From contig JAXLNO010000293.1 of the NCBI GenBank assembly GCA_038087875.1, positions 124,001 to 188,000 on the forward strand: a DNA stretch of 64,000 bases, written 5' to 3'. The translations under genes and the position numbers were made by a program. Position 1 is the first letter of the stretch. Every line of letters starts with the position of its first letter. This DNA comes from Malacoraja senta. Its lineage: Eukaryota. The notes below the pieces were generated by a model. It was given only the letters and a program-made list of their open reading frames with translations. It did no database searches and had not been told where the DNA came from. Of this stretch, positions 34,621-47,221 are shown one piece after another.

Positions 34621-37058
34621 TTGAAGCATCGGTCTTCCTCTCAGTTCTTCAATCGTATCTTGGATGATTAAACATTAGCTAGGGATATGCGGGATAACGG
34701 GAGCAGGTGCCTACATTTGCGTCGTTTGGGCTACCTATAACTTCTATTTGAGACTCAAGGGAAAAACATGGCATTGTCAAGGCGTTTCAGGTTTGTGTGT
34801 TAAAAGACTAACATGCTTAGTCGCTGAATCCAATCCGTCATGCGACCTATTGATTCAACCCAACTGACATTTATTGACAAACTGCCAGCCTTTCTGCATC
34901 TTGTCCAACAACATATATTTTATTTATTTTGATATAAAATGGTCAACTCCAATTTGATTCACATGCTCAGAAGTGTAATTGTTATAAATCATTGTGTGCG
35001 TTTTGCTTCGCTATTCCACGCAAGTCATATGGAACACTTTTAGCAAGTGTATTTTATTTTCTCCATGTGTGAAATGATTCCATTTGATTTGCTTTGTTTT
35101 GTTAATGTCATCTTTACCAGTGTGAGGTGTTATTTGTGTGCCATCCACTCAAATAACACCTTACACGATACAATTAAGCAGTATCAACGTACAACAGAAA
35201 ATCATAGAAGTGCAAAGACAGAAATAGCAGACAAGAAAATATCGTTTTACAGCATTCTAGCTTTGCAGTTTCAGAGACCACGTCCAATCGCCTCAATGCC
35301 TTTTAATCGTAGATCATGAAACAACACAACACAGGCTCTCAATGTTAGTGGCGAAGATAATGTCAAAATTAACAAATCACATCTGCCAACTATTTCTCCA
35401 TTCCCGGCATGTAACCACACGCACATCGACATGAGTGCAATCAGCGAGTTCGGTATTTCGAAAAACGCAGAGAATCATGGGAATTCTGAAAGATCAAGGG
35501 ATAACTGGATGTAAATTCTTATCTTTATACATGATTTATGTGTAAAAATATATTTAATTTGCGGAACAGGAGGTTCCAAGTAGCTGGAGAGCGGGTGTAA
35601 CAGCGAGATAAAGGGGGCAGATGCCATTGGGAGACAGGGGAGAACGCGCACAGACCCGCGCCTCATCCGCGGCCAGGGTCGAGCCCGTGTCCCTCGCGCC
35701 ATGGGCGCTGCCGAGCCGCCGCTGGACAGCCGAGCCACCCACCCCCCCACCCCCAGCGCTGGCAGCGAGCCCGGCTGGATACATCCGGCTGCCACCGGAC
35801 GGGGACGGGACACCGGGGGCAAGTGTTGGAGGGGGGGGGGGGGGACGGCCCAGCGGCGGCTCGGCGGCGCCCGCGGCGCAGAAGTCCCGCGTCGGACCTC
35901 GACCAAGGACCCCGACGTCAGGAAGCAGCAGAAGCATAAAGCACTCACTGAAAGGAAATTCTGATAACCAAAGATAACACACAGCAGATCCGCACCTTCC
36001 AGTGTTCATCTCCAGTCACCTATGACCTGGGCATGCGCAGTCAGAATACAGAACTCGCTTATACTCCCATAAATAATATAGTAAAGCCTCGCATTATTTT
36101 TATTGAGCATGAGTACGAAAATAATAATGACATACTGTATCACACGTGTCATCATCATTGCCAATAATTTGCATGGCTCATTATACCCTCGAGGTTTTCC
36201 TGAGATATAAATGAGACACTAAACATGAAAGCAGGAGATTCGCAAGCCTTTTAAACTAACTTGAAACATCACATTCAACGATTATGGGACTGCCCGTAAA
36301 ATTACTGGTAAATCGCATCTACTATCCCATACTTGTAATAATTGGAGTTCCTGGTGAGTAATTTCCGTAATCTTTTTCTATGTGCGCCTTAACCTGCTAG
36401 ACAGCCGACATAGATACCTGGATATATAAATACAGTACTGATACAACGAAACAATCATTCACCGAATCTGACTATTTCTCGGGAACAGTCCAATTGATTC
36501 GAATGTTGCATCGCGTCCGCTTTGCCTTTGATTGAGCAATCCAGCTACATTTGCTGAATGTAATTCGTGTAGAGTGCTCCAAAATTGTGGTTTTGAACTG
36601 TATATTGCATGCATGTCCAAACAGCAGAGGTAAATGGGCTCTTTCCGCGACCAGAAATGGTCTCTTTCCGCGACTTTCTAATTATAGGTGGACATCACCC
36701 TGGTTCGTTGCCGGAAACTTAATTGGAAAGGAGATGCATTCGTTGAGTTTAGTCAAGTTTAGTCTAGTTTATTGTTGTCACGTGTACCGCGATGCAATCA
36801 AAAGCTTTTGTCTCCGTGCTATCCAGTCCAGATCAATACTAAACATCAATCAATCAATCAAGCCGGACTTCCGGTGGCGCCATGTTGGACTAACAGACGT
36901 GCACCTAGCTCCTCTCCCGAAAAATTTCACAATTTATCGCGTAAAACGGGTCCAGAAATCGGGATTGTTTTTAAAAACCTTACCGGAGCTTCTGGTCGCC
37001 GCGCTGATGACGTCATCATTAAGCGCGATGTTTTAAACGGTGGTTTAAAGCCCTTTAA

Positions 37059-38165
37059 ATGAGTAAACTGCCTCCAGCCGTGAGCCCTCAGAGATCAGTG
37101 AAAATGCTGCTGAGAGACCAGAAGAAGCCTGAAGCAGAAGTTACCTCTGAAGTTTCTGAAGTCTCTGAAGTGGCTGCAGAAATGGATACAAGATCTAAGA
37201 AAGAGTTTGATGACTTGAAGAAATCAGTGAAAAATATGAAAGATGAGATTTTGGACGAAAATAAAATTATGATGGAAAATATGAAGGAAAATATGAAGGA
37301 AGATATGAAGGAAAATATGGCAAAAATGATGGAAGGAATGGAGAAGATGATGAGGGATTTAAATGCTGGTAATCAGAAGAATATGATTGATTCACTGGAC
37401 ATTATGAATAAACGAATTGATGAGGTGAAAGATGGACTATCAGAGAGAATGGACAAGATGGATGAAACTACTACGGACAAGTTCACGGCTGTGCTTGAAA
37501 CAGTAGCTGCAAGTATGCGCACAATTACGGAATTGGAGAAAAACACGACTCGAGTGGTTGAAGACATGGCGAAAATGAGGCAAGAACATGAGCAAATGAG
37601 GCGAGAAAATGAACAAACTTCACTACAGATGGTGACTCAACTCAGTAAAGTTTCAGAAAAATGCCTGGACCTGGAAGCTCGCTCTAGACGTCAGAATTTG
37701 AGAATTCTTGGAGTCTCAGAGGGAGCCGAGGGGGAGGATGTACGTGAGTTTGCCATGGGCTTGCTTAAACAACCGCTGAATCTTTCCAAAGAACCGAAAA
37801 TCGAAGTGTCTCATCGTGTCCCAAGATTTAAACAAAGATCTGGTGCGGGAAAAAATTATCCACGACATATTATTGGTAAATTTCGGGATATTTTAGAACT
37901 GGAAGATGTTATGAGCAAAATCAAATACGGTGTGCAACTGCGGCTGGACAATGACACTATTAAGATATTCAGGGACTACCCGTATGAAATTGTGCAAAAA
38001 AGAAACAAATTCGAGAAGGTTAGGGATCTTTTAAGAGGGAGAGAAGGGATCAGATATGGGATTTTTTACCCCGCGAAAATGCGTATTTCCTTTAAGGGTC
38101 TTGAAAAGTAATTTGTTAAGCCTGAAGACGCGTTTAAATATGCCCAAACCATCGTTGAAAAATAG
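37059..38165 (+). pseudogene. L1 ORF1p (coiled coil + RRM + CTD) with a premature stop at 38109-38111
   Basis: DLEARSRRQNLRILGVSEGAEG, IEVSHRV, PRHIIGKF, IKIFRDY, YPAKMRI. Reading through the TAA gives FVKPEDAFKY..K then TAG at 38163-38165, matching a normal ORF1 C terminus. Confidence 0.9.
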
Positions 38166-39002
38166 AAATGAAAGGGGGGTTTGGCAGATCTGAACTATTC
38201 TAAGCAATGCTTTGTCTGGGGATAGTTAGACTGTTATCTTTGGAATGTTGAATCAAGGACACTTTCTGTTCAAAACGAGTAAACAGCTGAACAGATGGGA
38301 ATGGTATATACCAGAAGCATTTACATGCTTATTAGATTATAATATTATAACCAATTGTAAGAACTTATCCTATTAACAACTTAATAAGTTATGCATGTTA
38401 GATTAGAATACTAACAAAAACAAAAATAAAAAATAACGAACTAACATACTAATATGAATTTTTAATAAATTGAAACCTTATCTATAAGTGGGAGGAGGGG
38501 GATGAGAAACGAGCACCTGGCTTAGGCCCATGGGCACGTCTCGTTAACCCCTTCAACCAACAGTTGATTCTTATTGAAGTCAAAAGTATTGGTTTAATAA
38601 TTAGTAGTTAAAACTCCGGTATATATATATGTTATAATGAAATATACAGGGTAAAATTGTATTATATATCTGAATGTGAGGCCCCGTTTTAATATTTTAA
38701 TATGTTATGATTAACCAAGAGAGCGGAGCTATTTGTGTAACAACGCAATGGAAGTCAAAACAAGGTTTCTTTCCCACCTACAGGTGGGACACTCGCTACA
38801 GTGCCAACTATATCAGACACTGTATTTTCACTTTTTTAGTTTTTTTTTTATCACATAAAATCACATGTTTGTGTTTTGTGTTTAGTGATAAGCGTAAAAT
38901 GGACATACCAACAAAACTTAAAAACTCAAAAGTTCCCCCCAATACCCAAAGACCTGGGATATGGATGCACCACAAGATTTAAAGGTACTATAATTATTCA
39001 AA

Positions 39003-42000
39003 ATGCATGACACCAAACAAAAGAACCTAGGAGGAATCTCATTTTGTAGTTGGAATATAAGAGGTATTAACGAACCTATTAAAAGGGGTAAGATACTAGC
39101 TCAGCTGAAACTGTACAACTCCGACATTACCTTCCTACAAGAAACACACTTAAAATCTCAGGATCAAGTTAGGTTGAGGGCGAAATGGATAGGTCAAACA
39201 TACCATCCTTCATTTACTTCAAAATCTAGAGGCACGTCAATCATCATAATAAAAAGGTATACCATTTAAAGCAAAGAATATCATAACAGATATAGAAGGG
39301 AGATACCTAATAGTTAATGGAGAAATCCATGATACTCCACTTACCTTGGTAAATATATATGCCCCTAACTTTGATAACCCCCACTTTTTCAATAAAATTT
39401 TCAACATAATTGCAGAGTCTAACTATCAAAATGTTATGATAGGAGGAGACTTTAACTGTGTTTTAGATCCGTACTTAGATAAATCAAGCCAAAAACAGAG
39501 AGGGAATATGAAATCGAAAACCGGGGAACTTCTCAATACCTATATAAACAACACTAATATAGCAGATGTTTGGAGAATTGTTAATCCAACTGGCAGGGAA
39601 TACTCGTTTTATTTAATGGTACATAAGACATACTCACGTATAGACTACTTTCTGCTGGATAAAAAATTAATCCCCCAAACATCTAACGCAATATACCACA
39701 CAAATTCGATTTCAGACCATTCTCCACTAACTTTCTTTTTAAAACTGGAAGGAATGTCTAAGAATAAATCGTTTTGGAGATTTAATTCTCAAATTCTAAA
39801 AGATCCACAAGCGAGTATATATTTAAAAGAACAAATGGAGGTCTTTTTTCAAATAAATGATACTCCAGATATATCGCCTACTGTATTATGGGAATCTTTT
39901 AAAGCATACATTAGGGGTATTATAATTTCATATCAAGCTTTTCAAAATAAAAAGAATAAGAATGAACAAAGACAGTTAGAAGAACTTATTAGACAAATGG
40001 ATATAGATAATGCTAAAGATCCATCAATAGATAAACATAATAAAAGAATAATTTTGAAATTTAAATTAAATAAATTATTATCTGCCAAACTTATAAGACT
40101 TTTTCAAATTACAAAACAAGAGCACTTTGAATTTGGGGATAAACCGCATAAACTTTTGGCTCGCCAGCTAAAAAAACGAGAAAAGGAACATACTATACCA
40201 AAGATCAAATCAGATAAAGGGGAATTATTAACAACACCGAAGGATATTAATAAAAGATTTGCGCAATTTTATGAGAATTTGTATACATCTAAAACGACAA
40301 TTGATTCCAAGTTTTTGGATACCTGCAATCTTCCAAAGTTAGAGCTGATGGAACAAGAGGAATTGGGTGCACAAATCTCAATTAAGGAATTAGAAGATAC
40401 AATAAACTCACTAAAGAATGGAAAAACACCAGGCCCTGATGGATTTACTAATTCATTTTATAAAAGCTTTTATGATAAAATAATACCAAGATTACAAAAA
40501 ATGTACCAATATGCTTTTAAAAAACGAATACTCCCTGGTACATTAGCGGAATCAACGATTACACTAATACCTAAGAAAAACAAAGATTTAGAAGAACCTG
40601 GTTCATATAGAGCTATAGCATTGTTAAACACAAATCAAAAAATATTAGCGAAAACATTAGCTAGAAGATTAAGTAAATACATTAGTAAATTAATAAACCC
40701 AGATCAGACGGGGTTTATCCCTAAGAGATACTCATCAAACAATATGAGACGTCTACTCAACATAATGCACTCACACAAATCTGAAGATCAAGAATTATCA
40801 ATTATTTCGCTGGATGCTGAAAAAGCATTTGATCAAGTAGAATGGAATTATATGGACAAAGTATTACAAAAATTCCAACTGGGGGAGAATTTTATTCTAT
40901 GGATCAAGTTCCTATATAACAAACCTACAGCTAGAATACTAACTAATAACATATTATCCTCGAAATTCCAACTATCAAGGGGAAATAGACAAGGATGCTC
41001 ATTATCACCACAGCTGTTTGCTCTCATTATTGAACCGCTAGCAGAAAAAATTAGAATACACCCTGATATCCATGGATATAATACTAAAGACTCATATAAT
41101 AAAATATCTTTATACGCAGATGATATATTACTGTACATTACAAAACCTCAAATCACTATACCAAATATATTAAATTTAATTTAAGACTTTGGATCTTTTT
41201 CTGGATATAGAATAAATTGGAATAAAAGTGAAATTATGTCAATAAAACCGAAAGATTCAACACATCTTTTAAAATTCCCTTTTAAAATAGCTACAGAAAA
41301 GTTTGAATACTTGGGAATCGAAATTACCAGAACATATCAAGGTATGTTTAGGGCAAATTTTGACCCCCTACTTAATAAATTAAACACACTAATTAAATTC
41401 TGGAAAACGCTCCCGGTGTCTTTAATAGGCCGAATAAACGCAATAAAAATGATCTTTCTACCACAAATTTTATACCTATTTCAATCGATTCCTATATACT
41501 TACCAAAGAAGTTTAAAAAAAAACTCGACTCAGATATCACTAATTTTATATGGAACTATAAATCACATAGAATACCAAAAACTCATCTGAATAAACCTAA
41601 AGTATTAGGGGGTTTAGCACTACCTAATTTTACGTATTATTACTGGTCAGTAAATATTAAAAATATGATTCAACTGATGGATAACTCCGCCCAGCAAGTG
41701 GACTGGATTGTAATGGAGAAAGAGGATTGCTCCTCTGGAAACATTGGAGCGATCCTCCTTTCTCCAATGAAATTGAATAACATAAATTATAATAAGAACC
41801 CAATTATTCATAGTACAATCCGAATTTGGAAACAAATAAAACAAAATTTAAAATTAAGAAATTTATCACTTTTATTACCTATAGTTAATAACCCTTCGTT
41901 TAATCCCTCTATTATAGATAAAGCTTTTACACATTGGGATAGACTAGGAATTAAAACGCTTGGTGACTTGTATGAAACTGGAAAATTACTTTCATTTCAA

Positions 42001-42783
42001 CAATTACAAATAAAATATAAACTCGGAAATAATCAATATTTTAAATATTTTCAAATATGTGACTTTTTGAAAAAATATACAAAATATCATTATAATAACC
42101 CAGTAGATGTATTGGATGAGGCAATGCAGATAAAAGCTGAATCAGCAAACTTAATATCATATTTGTATAATATTATCTTAAATGTACAAATACCATCTAC
42201 GGAGGGTATCAGAAGAGACTGGGAACAAGAGTTAGCTATTAAAATTTCAAAGGAAAGTTGGAATGAACACTTATTAAACGTGCATAAATGTTCGATTACT
42301 GTAAGACACACTTTAATACAATTTAAAATTTTACATAGATTATATTATTCGAAAACAAAAATTCATAAAATTTTACCAAATGTATCATCTATTTGTGATA
42401 AATGTCAATCCCAAGAAGCTACTATAGCGCACTCATTCGTTTTCTGTACAAAAAATCAAAAATTTTGGAATGAAATTTTTGAAATCTTTACAAAGTTATT
42501 AAAAATAAAACTGATACCCAAAGCAGAATGGATTATCTTCGGAATAACGGAAGATGGTCCAGAACTAAATGTGTTTCAAAAGAAACTAATGGACTATGGG
42601 TTAATAACTGGAAAAAAGCTAATTCTAAAATTTTGGAAGAAGGCTCCAATACCAACTATAAATATGTGGATTTCAAATATGTTCGAAACATTACACCTAG
42701 AAGAGATAAGACTCCTCCTAGCAGGTAAACCAGATCACTTCCACCTGACGTGGTCTGCATTTATAGAATTATTACAAATATAG
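39003..42783 (+). pseudogene. L1 ORF2p (APE endonuclease + RT + Cys-rich domain) with one frameshift and one stop
   Basis: SWNIRG, LQETHL, NIYAPN, GGDFN, SRIDYF, SDHSP, KTPGPDG, LDAEKAFD, RQGCSLSP, YADD, CDKC..HSFVFC. Frameshift at the A run ~39251-39255; in-frame TAA at 41182-41184. Confidence 0.94.
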
Positions 42784-43149
42784 GGTGCAAAAGTACTTTA
42801 AAAAAAATTGAGGTCAGGTAAGAGGGGATGATAGTTGAAGAGTTGGTATGTCCCATTTACGTAATGCTCATAAAAATATTTGTTTCTCTCTTTTTCCTCT
42901 TTCTCTTTCTCTTTCGTTTCTAGGGTCTATTTCTTAACTCTTTTTCTTTTGTTTTTAATTTTGCTCTTTTAGTGTCTTCGTCCTTTTTTGTTGTCACATT
43001 TTCTACACTTTTACTTTTTCCTTCACTTTCTTCTTTCTTTCAATCTTTTCCTTTTCTAGTGTAATAAATAAATGGAGTACATTAATTGTAAGAAGACATA
43101 AATGACGAGTACTAATGTATGTGGTTGTAATGTAATGTATTTCTAATAA

Positions 43150-43190
<41 letters not shown>

Positions 43191-44779
43191 ATCAAGCCGC
43201 CCACAGTGTGCAGATAAAGAATGAGATGTATAACAGCTGGTGCAAATATATAACGTTGTATATATTACATAAACTCCGATGAAAGGAAGTTCAAAGGTCT
43301 GCATTGAGGTAGTGGATGTTCAGCACCGTTGTGTACCTGATGAGACAACCGCTCTGTTGCCTGATAACAGCTGGAAATAAACTGTTACTGAATCTGGACG
43401 TATGCGTTTTCAAACTTCTCTATCTTCTGCTAGATTGCAGAGAAAGAAAGAGATAGAGTGATCTGGGGAGACTGGTCGTTCATTCTGTTGGCTTCCTTGC
43501 TGAGGTTGTGTGAAGTGCAGATGTAGTCGATGGGAGGCTGGCTGGTTGTTGACATGGTCTGAGCTACGTCCGCAACGCTCTGCAATTTCTTGCGATGTGA
43601 ATTGAACTGTTCCCAAACCAGGCTGTTTTGCATCCCGATACGTTGCTTTCCACGGCGCATGTGCAGTCGTTGTTGAGAGTTGTTGGAGGCCAAACCGAAA
43701 TTGCTCATAGTTCTAAGGAGGTTGGGCGTTGATGTGCTTTCCAAGCCATTGCTTCGATGCGGGAGGGCAAATCGCTGGTGACATTTATTCATAGGTACTT
43801 GAAGGTTTTGACAGCCTATACGTCGGCTACATCAAGTGGACTCGGATGTGTGGACCGCTTTTCTTCCTAAAATCATTCCCGATCTGCTTTGTCTTCCTGA
43901 CATTGGGAGAGATGTTTTTGTCTTGACACCAAATTACAAGATTCTCAATCTCCTATCTGTATTTCGCCTCGTCACTATTCGATAGCCGACCAACTAGTGT
44001 AGTATCATATGCAAACATGTAGATTGATATGGATTGGTATTTCGCTCCACAGCCGTGAGTATATAAGGAGCATAGAAGAAGGGTGAGAACGAATCCTGGT
44101 GGGGCACCAATATTGAGAATTATATTGGATGACGATTTGTCACGTAGTCTCGCTAAATGTTCTCTGTAGGTTCGGAAGTTGAGGATCCATTTGTGGAGGG
44201 GAGTGGTGACTCCAACTTCCACGAGTTTGGAGGTAAGCTTTGTTTGGGTAATAGTATTGATAACAGAGCTATAGTCGAGGAATCTGACGTAGGTGTCCTT
44301 CCTACCAGTTGTTTCTTCACATGAGTGCAGCGTCAGGGCGATGGTATCGGACGTGGACTTGGTGTGGTCGTAGTAGAACATCCAAAATGTGCATAATTGC
44401 TCAAAGGCCAGAGCTAGAACGACAGCCAGCTCCCTAATGCGGTGTTGATCCGCTGCGTCGCCACAACTTAAACTGCTGGATTGAAATTAGAAACTCTGCT
44501 ATTTTAAAGGAATGTATTTTCATTTCATGCATAAGCAAATATAATTTCAGTCTCCTGGCGAAAAATATACCAAGATTCTTTTTCCATGTGTTTGCATGGT
44601 CCGCTTTTAACATTGGTACCTGGGGCAGAAAATCTTCAGTGGTCTTCCCTTTCATTTTCAATTGCTGGCCAAAGCCACTGCTTCGGCAACAGCACAATAT
44701 ATTATTCACTGATCTTCTGGACGACCTTTAAACTCTAAGGCCGAAGTAATATTTGCTTAAATACGATATGCTATTGTAT

Positions 44780-45689
44780 CAATACAATACAATACAATAC
44801 GGTTTTGATCGTCACATTGCACATAACGTGCAAGTGAAATGAATTTGCCAACAGCGGTACAATGATAAGGAACACCCAAAACACACTAAAAAGTTAACAT
44901 AAACATCCACCACAGCATTTATCATTGTGGTGGAAGGCACAAAAATTGGCAAGTCCTCCTCCATTTTCCCCCGTGGTCGGGACCTCAACCCTCCGCAGCC
45001 GCCGCTGCAGGCGTCCAGATGTACAGGCAGGTAAAAGTCCAAGTAAGTCCAGAGTCAGCTCTTCCCCACCGGAGACTGCGGTTTCAGGTAGGTGTAGGCC
45101 GCAGGCCGGCAGTCGAAGATTTAAAGTCCCCGCCGCGCCGCAGCCAGAAGCACCGCAGACCGCAGGGCCGGCGGTCGGAGCTCCCCTCCAGGGGTGATGG
45201 TAAGTCCACGCCGGGCCCGCGGTAGATGTAGGCCCCGGGCCGACGGTCAGAGCTTCTTCTCCTCCCGGGGCCCCACGAGGGATTCCAGGCTCCGGACGCC
45301 GCCAGCTGGAGCTCCGCAGACCGCGACTTCAGGCTGCCGGCTGCCGCGGGCCAGCGAAACGGAGCGCTCACCCCGGCGAGGGCTCGGCCGCTCCACGCCG
45401 AGAGTCCGCGCTGCGCCAGCCGCTGAAGCCCCGGGCGCGTCTCCGGGAAAGGCCGCCCAATCCTCGATGTTAGGCCACGGGGGAGGCGACCTGGAAAAAG
45501 TCGCCTCTCCGTGGAGGAGGCGACCGAAACGGTTTCCCCCTTACCACCCCCCCCTCCCACACCACCCCCCACACAAGACACACAAAGAAACATTAAAAAA
45601 CATACAATAAAACACACTAAACAAAGAAACAAAAGTTGAAAAGACTAACACGCTGCTGACAGGGTTGCCGGCTTGCAGCGCCCCCACCG
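44780..45689 (-). mobile_element. GC-rich non-autonomous retroposon, long copy
   Basis: Head ggtgggggcgctgcaagccggcaaccctgtcagcagc on -, poly-G, gacggagaggcgactttt-like block, 3' gtggtggatgtttatgtta, tail (caata)x4 on +. TSD not evident. Confidence 0.78.
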
Positions 45690-46135
45690 ATAAAGTTTAT
45701 CATGTCGATAAAGTCAACGAAGGTAGGGAATAGCCCCACATACAGCTATTTGTTTTGAGTCATAAAAGTGTATTTTGCTGCGCTCAAAACGAGATGGACG
45801 TTATTCCCTAATGAGCAGTGTCGACGTTAAATGGGGAGATTTACTGGATGCGATTAATTTCGTCAAGCATTTTATTTCAAATTCAGCTTAATTGTCCTGA
45901 ATGCGGAAGCTATCTTTTTGGCACTGATTTGTAGTTCCAGTTTGACGAAACATAAACATAAAATATAATGTAATATTACTGTTTGACACAGCTCTGCAAA
46001 TATTACTGCCTGAAATGCAAAAGGTTTTTGAATTATTGGGGAATCGAATGCGGGTTAAAACAATATAACAAACTATTTTTGGTGTCAAAATCACAACAGT
46101 CATTTTATCACGATCAAATAAAAGGAGTGATCAAT

Positions 46136-47221
46136 ATGAATCAATATTTTAAATTTCAAATCCGTGACTTTTTGAAAAAATATACACAAGAATATCAAAA
46201 TTTGTCTCCAGACCTATTAGACGAAGCAATGAATATAAAGGCGGATTCAACTAATTTAATATCATACTTGTATAATATCATCCTAAATATAGAAATACCA
46301 TCACCCGATAGAATTAGAAGAGATTGGGAACAAGAACTAGCTATAAAAATCTCGAAAGAGAGTTGGGATAAACACTTGCTATATGTGCACAAATGCTCGA
46401 TCAATGTAAGACATATTCTAATCAGATTTAAAACTTTACATAGACTATATTACTCAAAAACTAAAATAAGTATTTTTTTCCAAATGTCTCCACCATCTGT
46501 GATAAATGTCTATCCCAAGAAGTAACTATAGCACATTCCTTTGTTTTTTGCTATAAAAATCAAAACATTTTGGAATGAAATTTTTGAAATTTTTACAAAA
46601 TTATTTAAAATAAATCTGAACCCGAACGCAGAATTTTTTTATTTTTGGAACAATGGAAGCCAGCTTTGAGCTAACTTCCTTCCAAAAGAGCTTCCTTAAT
46701 TACGGCTTAATAATGGCAAAAAGACATACTTAAATTCTGGAAAAACGCTCCCACACCAACGATAAAAATGTGGATTTCAAATATGTCCGAAATGTTACAC
46801 CTGGAAGACATGAGATTCCTCCTAGCAGGCAAATCAGACCATTTCCAAAAGATTTGGTCTCCATTTATCGACATTACAGGCATAGGGTGCAACATAACTT
46901 TAAAATTAAATGGTTTCAGGACCTGGTGAGGGGTGTGTAAAGATACGAAGTAGGTACATCCCTTTTATCTCATTTTACTTTCTTATTTCTTCTGTTTTCT
47001 ATTGTTCTATTTCTTTTTCTTTGGTTTTCTTTTTAACTCTTTCTCGTGTTTTACGTTTCCACGGATTTCTCCTGATCACTCTTTCACGCACTTACTATCT
47101 TATCTAACTCTCTCTATTCTTTTTCTTTTTAAAGTTTAAAACAAGAAGTGGTGCAGGAAATGTATTATGTTATTTTTGGCTTATATCACTGTAATGTGCA
47201 TTACTTCTAATAAATAAAATA
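46136..47221 (+). mobile_element. 5'-truncated, decayed L1 3' fragment related to the full-length copy
   Basis: NQYFKFQIRDFLKKYT..IRRDWEQELAIKISKESW..HRLYYSKTK aligns with 42030-42783; T-rich 3' UTR ends ttctaataaataaaa. Confidence 0.9.

Larger units (their letters stand above)
36866..43185 (+). mobile_element. Full-length L1-clade LINE (~6.3 kb) with poly(A) tail and 14-bp TSD
   Basis: TSD aatcaatcaagccg at 36852-36865 and 43186-43199; 5' (g)gacttccggtggcgcc; ORF1 and ORF2; AATAAA at 43145 then a pure A tail of ~35 nt. Confidence 0.97.
36742..44430 (-). mobile_element. Old Rex/Babar-type LINE (3' end 36742-36865, remainder 43186-44430) split by the L1 insertion
   Basis: ORF 43953-44381 (STSDTIALTLH..DTYVRFLDYSSVINTI..WILNF..GAPPGFVL..YDTTLVG) is degenerate Rex/Babar RT; 3' end ggtacacgtgacaacaataaa plus short-repeat tail at ~36745-36790. 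Confidence 0.75.

Noticed and set aside
35475..36009. GC-rich ORFs upstream of GPCR exon 1 as a separate gene
   Set aside because: Low-complexity ORFs open on both strands with no domain; more likely a transposon interior or CpG island.
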